A stretch of DNA of 62,888 nucleotides, filler included, from Vannella sp. (taxonomy: Eukaryota): the NCBI GenBank assembly GCA_023345925.1. It is 6 parts of 6 records of this genome, joined end to end, with 100 filler letters (N's around TTAATTAATTAA, not from the genome) between each part and the next. Parts side by side here need not be neighbours in the genome. Positions count along the whole stretch, not along the records: positions 35,468 to 43,301 come from JAJQQN010000297.1; positions 43,402 to 51,592 come from JAJQQN010000618.1; 4 more parts are not named here. One strand, given 5' to 3'. The translations under genes and the position numbers were made by a program. The notes beneath the pieces were generated by a model that was not told the origin of the DNA, searched no databases, and was given only the letters and a program-made list of their open reading frames with translations. This document shows positions 35,912 through 45,970 of the stretch, piece after piece (the stretch's first letter is position 1; the number at the start of each line of letters is the position of its first letter).

Positions 35912-37043
35912 TTACATGGGAAGAGCCTTGTCCACCGAACGAATCTCTCGATCAGTGAACCGAAGGTAAGTGTAAGTACAGAATCCACAGATGGAAACAA
36001 TCATTCCAATGGCGTTCATGTTCGTGACATGCACGCTGAACACGTACATCGACACTGCGATCAGAGTGACTGATTTGATGTTGGCTATGACGCAAAAGTA
36101 GTGAGGTGAGACGAGGGAGAGAAGATGGAGCGTGACAAGGTTGTAGAGAACTGCTGCCCAGTTGATGACAATCACGAACACAAGATTCTGAGCGGCCATC
36201 TCGTTTGTGGCAAGGAAGCGGAGCATGTTTTCATGCTCATAGATGAAGTACAGCGGTAGGATCGACAGACATGCAGGAAGAGCGATGATTGCTATCAAAG
36301 ACATCGGAGCGATCATCACCCGCTGCAGGAGGATCGCATTTCCGATTGTTCTAACCGTTGACAGTACCTCAGAGCCTATGTCATGTTATAAAGAGGCTCG
36401 CAGGTCACGTTCTGTCACTCACCAATCGCGGTGAAGAAGCCAATTGTGTCAAATGAGGGTACCTTGAAGGTGGATAGCGCAGCACCGAAGGCGATCGTCA
36501 ATGTGGCTGCTATTGCTTGGGGAAAGTATCTACTGGGATGAGTGGGGAGTCGCCATTGGCGGGAATGGGCTCACCGCTTCTTCTCGATGAGCATTCCGTA
36601 GGTGAGGGTCAGGAGGGGAGTTGTCGCTTTGATGATTTGGTTGAATGATATGGTAGTTCGTTGGATGCTGATGTTCTCAAAGGCTGTGCTCAATCCATGA
36701 GAGAAGGATACGAAAGCAATGAGCTTCAAATTGGAGATGATCACTCTCCGCTCAGGGAAGGTTTCAAGCTTCAACCAGAAGACACCTATAGAGCTTGTTA
36801 TGAAGGTAGTGAAGATTCCCGTTGAGATGATGAAGATGGGAAACTCAAAATCCTCAACCAAACATTAGTCATGCCCGTTCATCCTGTGTACAGTGGCCCC
36901 ACCCGAAACTGAAAGAGCCACTTGTTCGTCATCGCCATGGTCAGATTCACACCAATCCACATACACGCAAACAACATCACCCGCGGCAACGGGGACTTGA
37001 GTTCGCCCCCTTCTGCTGGCACCGCCTTGCTCGACCCGGCCAT
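35912..37043 (-). CDS. Triose-phosphate/nucleotide-sugar transporter family (SLC35E-like)
   Basis: NKWLF, FEFPIF, ENISI...SFNQIIKATTP, IANIKSV, GFCTYTY; multi-exon. Confidence 0.8.
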
Positions 37044-37078
37044 GCTTTGAATGAACAATATACAATGCAAAACAGCTA

Positions 37079-37738
37079 TTATTTACTTGTTGGTGGCCTT
37101 CTTCTTCGTTTCTGAGGCTTTGAGACTGTTTGGGCGGCATCTTTGGGCCATCGGCAGTAGAAGTTGGGTTTGGGAAGGAGAGTGGAGAGGGTGTAGCCAG
37201 AAGAGGGTTGGGTGCTTTGGAGGGCTTGGAGGAGGGCAGTTCGAGAGGGGAAACGGGAGAGCTCTTTGCTGGCAGCAAGAGCACTGCCTGGGTTCTCGTA
37301 GACGACAAAACAGAAGCGCTTTGACTCATTGTATCTCAGACAAGTGACTGTACCATACTTGAGGGCCACAGCCCCAAGCATGACTAAAGTGTCCATGACG
37401 AGAGGTGAGGTGAGCTCATCAGGACCCACGTTAAGGTTGCCAATGAAGATCTTTCTGCCTTGTTCACTTGCAGACTTGGCTCTATCTTCTCTGAGCTTCG
37501 CTGCATCTCTTGAAGCGAAACTGGACCAAAGTTCATCGTCTTGAGGCGTCAGCTCGTTCATCTTCGTATCAGAGATGTTTTCAAGCTTTCCTTCTAAGAG
37601 CTGCTTCGCTGCTTGGTACAACGCATCCAGTTGAACCTTCTCCCGTTCTTCGTTTGAGGAGGACCAGAAGTCACCCAGCAGACTTGCAGCAAGAGGCCTG
37701 TCTTCATGTAGAACCATTCCCTGTTCTTCCTCAAGCAT
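37079..37738 (-). CDS. RRM-like RNA-binding protein (start uncertain)
   Basis: RNP2-like KIFIGNL, KYGTV and RNP1-like KRFCFVVYEN. Confidence 0.65.
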   Translation of the reverse strand: MLEEEQGMVLHEDRPLAASLLGDFWSSSNEEREKVQLDALYQAAKQLLEGKLENISDTKMNELTPQDDELWSSFASRDAAKLREDRAKSASEQGRKIFIGNLNVGPDELTSPLVMDTLVMLGAVALKYGTVTCLRYNESKRFCFVVYENPGSALAASKELSRFPSRTALLQALQSTQPSSGYTLSTLLPKPNFYCRWPKDAAQTVSKPQKRRRRPPTSK

Positions 37739-37790
37739 GGCAACACTCCAGGAGGTCCCTGGACTTTGACAGAGTAAGGAAGCAAGAACA

Positions 37791-38954
37791 ATGTCAGAAC
37801 CAAATGGGAATGGCATTTCCCTCATTTCACCTTTCGCCCTTCCCATGGGCCACTACGACTCTTTGTTGACTGGCTTGCAGAACGTCATACACTGGGAGAG
37901 CCAGTTGATGCCAGTGTTAACTCCTGAGAGTAAAGAACGGGATGCTCTTGTGGGATACAAAGAAGCACCCTTCGGTGGGGAGGTGCCCCTTTTACCAGAG
38001 GTCTTGGACATGAACTTCCACAGGGACGGGGATCGATCCACATCCGCTTCACCTTGCGATTGCAAGTATGGCCACTATGTGGGAGGCAAGGTCTACGACT
38101 TTCATTGTCTTGTTGTACAAAGTGCGCATCTTGGGATCAACCGCGGGGACAACTTGGAGCAATTGCTCACTGAATTGATGCTTGACCTTGACGCTCATGT
38201 CAACGAAGAGTCTCTGAAGAAATGGGCCAACAAGTACACCGAATACCTGGGAGAACAGCACTTCTCCAAACACTTTTTGCCCCGCGAAGAGAAAAGATCG
38301 GCTGTTGCTCGTCCAGAGGTACCGATGATGCCTGTAAAAAGGAGAAAGAAAACAGACACCCTCTTGGAGAGTACTCCACTGCCATTAGTGGAACCTACAC
38401 CTACAGTAGAGAAGGTGCATGAAGTCACAAGTTCGCATATGGAGGAGGACAAATTGGACAAGGACAAGCAAAGAGCTGAGGGGATGGAAGAGCATATCCG
38501 AAGAAACAGGGAGAGGATGGCAATAGTTCAGCGGGAGAGAATGGAGAACGAATCCAAGGCACTGTTGCTTGCGACACAGCGAAACAACTTACTGAGAGAC
38601 ATGAAGGTAGCTCTGGAGCGTCGAATTTCCATCAGAGTCACCAACTACCACATTCAACAGCTACTTCCCGAAGCTCCCGTCCAGAGTGACGCTGAGAGCA
38701 TCAACTTTGACGTGATTTCCCCCTCTCACGGAAGACTCTCTTTCTCGGTAGACCCCTCTCACAGGGTTTCTGTGATCTATGCTACGCTACATTTGCTCTG
38801 GCCCACTCCTGAACCCTTCGGATTGGCCCTAGCAAGCGCGCAGATTGATTCTGTTCAACTGATTAAGCCACTTTCAGTGACATTGAAGGAGGCTGGAGTT
38901 CAGTCAGGTAGCATTCTCTTTGTCATGAAGCAAGTAGGCTCAAGATTCCCTTAG
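37791..38954 (+). CDS. Coiled-coil protein with a C-terminal UBX/ubiquitin-like domain
   Basis: 387-aa intronless ORF ending ...TLKEAGVQSGSILFV; NLS-like KRRKK. Confidence 0.55.
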   Translation: MSEPNGNGISLISPFALPMGHYDSLLTGLQNVIHWESQLMPVLTPESKERDALVGYKEAPFGGEVPLLPEVLDMNFHRDGDRSTSASPCDCKYGHYVGGKVYDFHCLVVQSAHLGINRGDNLEQLLTELMLDLDAHVNEESLKKWANKYTEYLGEQHFSKHFLPREEKRSAVARPEVPMMPVKRRKKTDTLLESTPLPLVEPTPTVEKVHEVTSSHMEEDKLDKDKQRAEGMEEHIRRNRERMAIVQRERMENESKALLLATQRNNLLRDMKVALERRISIRVTNYHIQQLLPEAPVQSDAESINFDVISPSHGRLSFSVDPSHRVSVIYATLHLLWPTPEPFGLALASAQIDSVQLIKPLSVTLKEAGVQSGSILFVMKQVGSRFP

Positions 38955-38985
38955 CGAGTGACTCTAAAGCAATGTATCTGACGGA

Positions 38986-40028
38986 CTACTCTGCACTTCC
39001 AGACACTGTTGGAGGGACAATCATTCCCGGATGGGGCCGATACTTCTCTTGCGAGTAAAGAGGAAGTGCAATGCTCGTGTCAGTCTTGAGGTGAATGGAT
39101 TTGATGTTGCGCCATCCTTTAAGACGTTTGGCGAGTAGCTGAAGAGCCGAAGTGATGTTCTCTTCGATCTCTTCTTCCGTTTGGTTCACATGGCCAATGT
39201 GGATGTTCCTGGTGCCTCTCTCCATCAGTTCCTGGGCCTATTGATGAGGAAATCACTTACACCATCTCCCCTTTGCCAATGAGAAGGCGTGCTGAGCCAA
39301 TGGCTCGCTCTAAAGCAGGCCGAATCAACGTGGGATCGGCAATGTCTATCCCTGATGGCTGTCTGGGTCTCTGTGAGACCGGGGCATGTAGAGGCGTAGT
39401 GGGTGAGCCACTTACTTCCTCTTATCAAAGAAGGAGCGCCCGAGAAGGGGAGGGAGCGTGTTGAGGATTGTTTTGTCCGCAAAGAACACGTCGTACTCGT
39501 TACACAGCTTCTTCTTGTCTGCTGAAGAGTACTTGCTTCTCAGTTGGGACGTGCTGATGACCTACAACAAGCGATCAGAGGGGGAATGAGAGAGAACAGG
39601 GTAAGGCCCACCGTCAGGCCCTCAACCTCGGCTTGTAGGAGCTTCATAAAGCGTGTTTGAGGGTCTTTGCTGAAGAAGCAGACCTTTGCATCTTCCAGTG
39701 CGACAAGGGGATGGATCAGGGGTCTACGAGCACTAATAAGTAGGAAAAACAAGGTTGACCTGTCTGCTTCGTGTTCTCTCACATGAGGAAGGGAGTAGCT
39801 TTGTTCTCAGTGACTGCTGCATTGAGAACAATCTGGAGAACAATGTTGCGGCTCTGCTGGGAAGGTTTCCCCTTCTTCTCGACCAAAGAATGCTTCAGCA
39901 ACGCTCTGCTTGCCTTCCTCACCTTCCCATGACCTTCTTTCAGTTCCTTTCTCTCCTTCTAACTCATTGCCTACCTCTTCTGGCACAACCCGAGGGGCAG
40001 AAGCTAGTAAATCGTTCCGACCGATCAT
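38986..40028 (-). CDS. Ribosomal L1-domain protein (RSL1D1/Utp30-like), multi-exon
   Basis: VRKASRALLKH, VCFFSKDP, YDVFFAD, GHVNQTEEEIEENI, WRNIKSIHLKTDTSIALPLY. Confidence 0.8.
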
Positions 40029-40095
40029 GCAGGGGAAAGGGGCGAGGGAAAGTGATCCTTTCTATGCGTTTATGAGGATGTGGAAGCTCCCACTT

Positions 40096-40488
40096 CTAGT
40101 CCATATCCATATCATCGCCTTCTGCATCGGTTTCCTCCTCCTTGGGGGGCGGACCGCAAGGCATGATCATCTTCTACAGTGGAAAGGGAGATTAGGTCAG
40201 TGTGGGGACAAGGGGACCTCCGCACCGAGAGAAAGTTGTAGCGCATTCGACCAACAGACTCGTTTTCAACGGTACTGAAGAAGGTCATCATCCCTGAGTG
40301 CCCCAGATACGAAGCAAGTGAGTCACGATGTTGGTTGACGAACCATTCGCTTTCCCCCTCCCGTCAGCATCTCATTCCAGCCTCCCAAAGAAGTCTTCTC
40401 ACTGCTTCGTGATATCAGCATGTCCCGTTCCCACGTATTTGTTCTGCAAATGCTCCAACTGGCTCTGCAACGTCTCCCTCACAGCCAT
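40096..40488 (-). CDS. SF3B5: Splicing factor 3B subunit 5
   Basis: Spliced product SQLEHLQNKYVGTGHADITK|EWFVNQHRDS..SYLGH...ENESVGRMRYN...KMIMPCGPPP. Confidence 0.93.
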
Positions 40489-40888
40489 CCCAAATAATAA
40501 TGCTTTCTTCCCCAATTTAAAGGCAAAGTATCAGGCTCACTCAATTAAGTTCAATAAAAGGGGCCTTGGAAGTCCCAAAAGCACCTTCACTATCATGTCC
40601 CGGTGGGACGTGAAGGAAAGGCGCTCTTCTCTGCTTTGAAGTGCTCCTCTATGATGTGCTGAGAGAGTGGTTAAGAATCCAAGCTGGGACTCCTCCCCTG
40701 CTGTCGGAGAACATTAACAGTGCAAGAGACATCCACCAACTCTCGTATGTTTGGCCTGAGGGGCTTCTTGATTCATGGACCATCATTACCAGTGCAGATT
40801 GTACACTCTGCTGAGCCGAACAAGGGCTCAAGTCAGGAGGCGATACAGGGAGAGGCCGCTTTATCGAGAAGCACTAAAGTAACTTGTT

Positions 40889-41395
40889 TCATGGAGATGA
40901 GCGTAACTGGGGCCACAGCTCGTATGCAACGGTAGGGTCCATGTCGTTGGCAAGGAAAATGAAGTCGTCCAGGTGGAGATCGTCAGAGGTCGGGCCAGTG
41001 GGAAGCAAAAAGGCATTTGGAGCTCTCTCGACCCACATAACGGTCTTGGCTTCTGAGATGGGACGCGCACCGTTGGTAATGGTGAATATCCACATTTTGC
41101 CTGAAGGAGGCCGTTCGGATTGGCAGGGTTTCCTCCTGGTCGTCAGTTTGATGGCGGATATGGAGCCATCTTCATTGTGGGCGAAGACGTGGCGCTTTCT
41201 GGTCTGGTTCCATCGCCAATTGGGTCCTTCAGGGAGATCACCCACTCGGATTCTTCTCGAATAGTGAAGGATAGTGTTGGAAACGAGCACATCCTCTTGG
41301 AGAATGTTTCGTTGAAGGGGAACGGGGTCCTCACTCTTGGAATGCTCTTCCACCACCGACCAAGCTCTTCGAAAGTCTGGAGAAAGCTCGGTCAT
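40889..41395 (-). CDS. Unknown protein, 'W.WNQ' domain paralog A
   Basis: Intronless; close paralog of 42676-43203; acidic/aromatic C-terminal segment. Confidence 0.8.
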   Translation of the reverse strand: MTELSPDFRRAWSVVEEHSKSEDPVPLQRNILQEDVLVSNTILHYSRRIRVGDLPEGPNWRWNQTRKRHVFAHNEDGSISAIKLTTRRKPCQSERPPSGKMWIFTITNGARPISEAKTVMWVERAPNAFLLPTGPTSDDLHLDDFIFLANDMDPTVAYELWPQLRSSP

Positions 41396-42096
41396 CTTAC
41401 CGCCTGCTGTTCGAATGAAAGAAGAGAATGGCGAAGATACCACCGACCAGTTCCACGTTTGGCCAGTCCTATTAATAGAGGTACGATGCCTTCAGTCCAT
41501 TCTGCGAAGCCGATTCGTTGGTGTGGCTTCCACACCAACCACTTCCGAACTCGGCCCTTCTTCAGAGAATCTCTTGGGCGACCACACAAAAGGCCCACCA
41601 AGGTGGGAGCAGTCGCCAGAACTCAGTAGGTAGTGCTTGGCGTCGCCCGTCTTTGACGAAGAGACTTTGGTTCATGAGGGAAGAAGCCTCTTCCTCCTTT
41701 TCGATCAGACCCAAGTTGGTATTGGTTTCTCCTCCCTCTCACCCCTTGGACGCTCACCTACGTGTCGGTTGACCAACCTAGATACCAATCGAGACGCTAT
41801 GAAGCACTATTGAATGATGGACCTCAGCCAGCAAGACACCGCTGTCGTTTCGGCGATGGAGGTCGTCCTCGTTGGTCAAGCAAAGGAGGGCCAGATTGGC
41901 CTTTCCTCAAGGATCTACTCTCTGAGAGGTCACATTCTAACCATTAGGAACGTTCCCTTTGCGCTCTCAATCGTTCCTCATGAGCCCATTATCAGGCAAT
42001 TATGGGGAATCGAGGGAAGAGGGGAAATGAAAGGTTTAAGATCAACTGGATCTGTCCATTCCATCATAACTCAGAAACCCCGCTTACCAGCACAGC

Positions 42097-42495
42097 ATGT
42101 CCTCCTCCTTTGACCAGTTTTATTTGAAGCAAGAGGACCTCGGCAATGGATACTCCCGAGTGAAGTTGGGTGATTCTCGCAAGAGCTCTTCTAACTCCAG
42201 CAACTATCGAAGTAGAGCAAAGAAGGTCTCCCTTCATGGGAACTCTGGACGATCCCCTGGAAAGGCGCTTGAGAAGGGAGTGATGCACTCTTTGGTTGAT
42301 CGGGGAATGGCCCGCCAAGTCGGCAATACGGAGACCTATGTCGTCAAGAACAGCACTGCAGCAAGCATCAGCCGATCTGTCTCGACTTCAGGAAGCACAG
42401 TCACCCATCAACAACTAGACCAAATGGCCAACTCCCGAATCAACTCCAAGCCCGACCGCAAGGTCCACGGGAACGTCAAGGCATCTCCATTCTAA
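42097..42495 (+). CDS. Small basic orphan protein, possibly GIY-YIG/T5orf172-like
   Basis: 132-aa intronless ORF with FYL....G...VKLG.S, LE..VMH.L and G.TETY patterns; family call is weak. Confidence 0.5.
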   Translation: MSSSFDQFYLKQEDLGNGYSRVKLGDSRKSSSNSSNYRSRAKKVSLHGNSGRSPGKALEKGVMHSLVDRGMARQVGNTETYVVKNSTAASISRSVSTSGSTVTHQQLDQMANSRINSKPDRKVHGNVKASPF

Positions 42496-42675
42496 TGCAA
42501 CAACTCTCTGAAATACACTCCATTCCTCAGTTCAACGTCCCTTCCTGGATCTATCCATTCGGTTCACTGATGAGCCAGAGACCTTCCACCAGCTCTCCGA
42601 TTCATTCGAAGCCCAAAGAACATCCTTTTGTGAGAAAGAGTGCTGTTTAGTGATCCGTTGGGGAAGGAGTGCACT

Positions 42676-43203
42676 TCAGTGATATGTTTCATGCAAATGG
42701 CGCAACTGGGGCCACAGCTCGAATGCAACAGCAAGGTCCATATCATTGGCAAGGAAAATGAAGTCGTCCAGGCAAAGATCTTCAGGGGTCGGGATAGGGG
42801 CAGGGGGGAAGGCAGAAGGAGCTTTCTCGACCCACAGAATGGTCTTGGCTCCTGAAATGGGAAGCGCACCGTTGGTGAAGGTGAAGATCCACACTTTGCC
42901 TGAGGGAGGCCGCTCTGATTGGTTTGGTTTCCTCCTGGTCGTTAGTTTGACTGCAGAGACGAAGCCCACGTCACCGTAGACAAAGACGTGGCGCTTTCGG
43001 GTCTGGTTCCATCGCCAGTTGGGTCCATCGGGGATGTCACCGACTTGGATCCTCATCGAATAGTGAAGAATCGTATTGGAAAGGAGCACATCCTCTTGGA
43101 AGACGTTTCGTTGAAGCGGAGCGGAGTCCTCGCTCCTGGAATACTGTTCCACCACCGACCAAGCTCTTCGAAACTCTGGAGCCAGAGAAAGCCCGTTCAT
43201 CAT
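42676..43203 (-). CDS. Unknown protein, 'W.WNQ' domain paralog B
   Basis: Intronless 175 aa; shares long identical blocks with paralog A (FRRAWSVVE, SNTILHYS, GPNWRWNQTRKRHVF, KLTTRRKP, LDDFIFLANDMD). Confidence 0.85.
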   Translation of the reverse strand: MMNGLSLAPEFRRAWSVVEQYSRSEDSAPLQRNVFQEDVLLSNTILHYSMRIQVGDIPDGPNWRWNQTRKRHVFVYGDVGFVSAVKLTTRRKPNQSERPPSGKVWIFTFTNGALPISGAKTILWVEKAPSAFPPAPIPTPEDLCLDDFIFLANDMDLAVAFELWPQLRHLHETYH

Positions 43204-43301
43204 GCCCGGAAGTAAGGAAAATGACTAACACCTTAAAGTAGAAAAACCATTTTACCACCTCCTTCCCATTGGTCAACCCCCGATCGATGGTGTGGGAAAC
43301 C

Positions 43302-43401
43302 NNNNNNNNNNNNNNNNNNNNNNNNNNNNNNNNNNNNNNNNNNNNTTAATTAATTAANNNNNNNNNNNNNNNNNNNNNNNNNNNNNNNNNNNNNNNNNNN
43401 N
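43302..43401. other. Artificial contig linker
   Basis: N-run/TTAATTAATTAA/N-run. Confidence 0.98.
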
Positions 43402-44319
43402 ATCAACTGGGCGATTGTGGGTCTCAGGTAAGGCTGTTACCAGATGCACGGACGGGAGCCCGTCTGCCTGTGCTGTAAAACGAAGCCATACATCGATTCT
43501 TTCTTTCAGACATGAATGTCCCCACGTCCCTCACTTCTGCCCCGAGATCTCACTGACGGGAGGTGTCTACCTCCCCATCCTCTCATTCTTTGTCACTTAT
43601 CTTCGAATTGGTGGTCAGGAGAGATGTTCAAGAGTGACAAAGAGAGGGTTTGGAGCAGTTTCGGATGTCCTCCAGGGAGTGGGACGGAGCGGAGTGTTGG
43701 GAGGTGCCCGCTTTGAAAGCTTTCTCGGAGAGCCGCCCAGAGGAGCTCAACAAGGTACCCTTTCTTCGTACCTACTACTTATCCTCCTCCTTGAAACCCT
43801 CTTGGGCCTAGTGAGGGAGGGAGTAGGCAGAGGGTGTCAGGAGCTCCCTGCTGACGGCCCTCCTTTAGCATGTGAGTGGCAGGTCCATTCTCACAACACA
43901 CTAGCGAGGGCTGATGAGAAGGAGCAACTCTTCAAGACCTATCCTGACCCAAAGGCCTCCGTTTAGCGTGTGAGTTGCAACTTTCCCTTCTTTCAAAGGA
44001 TAAGGAAGCGATTCTCATCTGAAGGGCTCCCGTAGAATGTAAGTATGAATGACCTGAGAACCAGGGGCTCAACGAACGGGCCGAGAAGGGGGTTCGTAAC
44101 AAAAGAACTTGAAAGGAGCGACTCGTTGAATGGTCTCACAGAATGTAAGTTGCCATTGAGGTTGAAGGCTCTGGACTCATTTCTCTCAGGGAGTAAGTGC
44201 TTTCCAGAGCAGCTACTAATCGAAAAGTGACTCAATATACCCCTTTAGTGGGTAAGTGGTTGCCGCCCCTTCAAACTTGAGCGTTCCTTCAGCTCTTTCA
44301 GAGTTTCCGTCTAATTTCA

Positions 44320-45475
44320 ATCAGACTCTCTTAGGCCAAGCAGTGGGGCAGGGGAATGCAAATGCAGTCGAGTATTTGCTTTCACTTCGAACCATCAATG
44401 TCCATGAGGGGGTAAGCTCTATTCTCCGAGAGATTCTCACACTCCTTCTCATCGAGTACGAGCAATCGCTCATGCCAGGCGATTGGACATCCTGACCGCA
44501 CTTTAGGGCGTAAGTCACTAAATTAACCCTACAGTTGTGTAGAGGAAGCTTACTTCAGACCTTCTTCAGTTTGTAAGTTATAAGAATCTACTGATAGAAG
44601 GACAGGAATCTCACAGAAAAGATATCAGAGTGTGAGAGTTCATAACAAAGGATTTAAGGGAAATACCGGCCCTCACTCAGTACATTAGGAAGTGAGTAAT
44701 CGCAATCTCGTTCCAGTTTTCTCGACGATTAACCAGAAGACTGGAAAAGACTCCACTTGCAGTGGCCTGTTCTCGAACCCCTAACTCCCCAGCATACCGC
44801 AACATCGCTACAATCTTACAAGTCGCTGGAGGTCAAATCAAAGTGGGCACATCCAACGGTATACAAGTCAATGTACTCACCTGAGTCTTCTAGAAACCTT
44901 GCACTGTTGGATATAACTATGTCTTCAATCTCCTGCTGGTGGGAGACAGTAATGTTGGAAAGACTTGTTTGTCTGCCAGATTTGCTGAAGACATCTTTGA
45001 AGATAACTACCTCAGTACCATTGATGTGAACTTCAGAGTGAGAACCAAAATCATCCAAATGGGACACAAATGCGCAAAGCTTCATATCTGGGACCACCGG
45101 AGCTCAAAGCTCTTCAACACCAATGACGCCAATCCCTACCCCAACGTGTCAGGAATCATTGTTGTTTATGATCTCACCAACCAGGCTTCTTTCAACAATG
45201 TGGGAAAGTGGCTGGAAAAGGTCCGATTTGGATGCTCGCGGGCCAACTTACTGTTGGTCGGGAACAAGTGCGATTTGCCTCGACAGGTCGAATTGAGCTC
45301 TTCAAAGGCTTTGGCGGATGACTTTGGTATCCCCTTTTTGGTAACTTCCGCCAAGAACGGCGCGAATGTCGAAAATGCTTTCAGCATCATCGCCAATGAT
45401 CTTCAGAAGAGGTTTCCTCAAGAACAGCTTGCACCCCTTCGAAGCAGCAAAACTTGTGCTTGTTCACTTCATTAA
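44320..45475 (+). CDS. Divergent Rab1-like GTPase domain, probably fused to upstream ankyrin-like exons (5' end unresolved)
   Basis: GDSNVGKT, NKCD and TSAK motifs at 44894-45475 with no in-frame ATG (the exon starts after ttctag); upstream TLLGQAVGQGNANAVEYLL and KTPLAVAC are ankyrin-like. Confidence 0.6.
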
Positions 45476-45710
45476 CATGAATGTGAGTTCCTCAATATCT
45501 TCTATCTCAGATTCTTCGTTTCCTGATGGTAGGGGAGAGAACCTCAAACTCTTGTGAGCGGCAATCATTCGCTTTGATATTCCACTCCCGCCTTCATTGG
45601 TAAGTTAGTTAACATCGCCTCAACCAAGCCCTTGGGATGAAGCGCATTCTTTCAGTAGCAACAGGAGAGTTAGCATGTTACAGAGAGTCCAGAGAATCGG
45701 TCCGAACCGG

Positions 45711-45896
45711 AGAAAATCCACAGAGTGGAAGGGGAAGATGGGGCAGAATTCGTGTTTTCGTAGCTTGCCCTGATGACCTCCATCTCTTCAGGATAAGCTT
45801 TCGGACTGATTTCATTTTTTTACTTTCTGGATGTTTGAGGACCCAAACAGGGGAAATGCCCTGGCCACTCACGTGACTTTTCTCCCTGGAACTTGG
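45711..45896. repeat. Dispersed non-coding element, copy 1
   Basis: 33-bp core 45769-45801 is identical to 57350-57382; patchy similarity extends on both flanks. Confidence 0.85.
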
Positions 45897-45970
45897 TTTC
45901 TTTCGATCCTCTTCAATTCCCTCGCCATTTCCCACAGAGCCACTTTCCCGTTATAATTATGTTGGGACTC

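Noticed and set aside
44711..44746. 12-bp inverted repeat (ttccagttttct/agaagactggaa)
   Set aside because: Single occurrence spanning a probable intron-exon boundary; compatible with chance.
45661..45680. ACAGGAGAGTTAGCATG resembling U6/U6atac snRNA
   Set aside because: No exact ACAGAGA box, no internal stem-loop or 3' conservation, and absent from copy 2 of the element.
45769..45812. CTGATGA suggesting a hammerhead ribozyme, C/D snoRNA, SECIS or tRNA-Sec
   Set aside because: No correctly placed GAAA and three-stem core; the D box is not conserved in copy 2 and the spacing is too short; no SECIS helix or cloverleaf can be formed.
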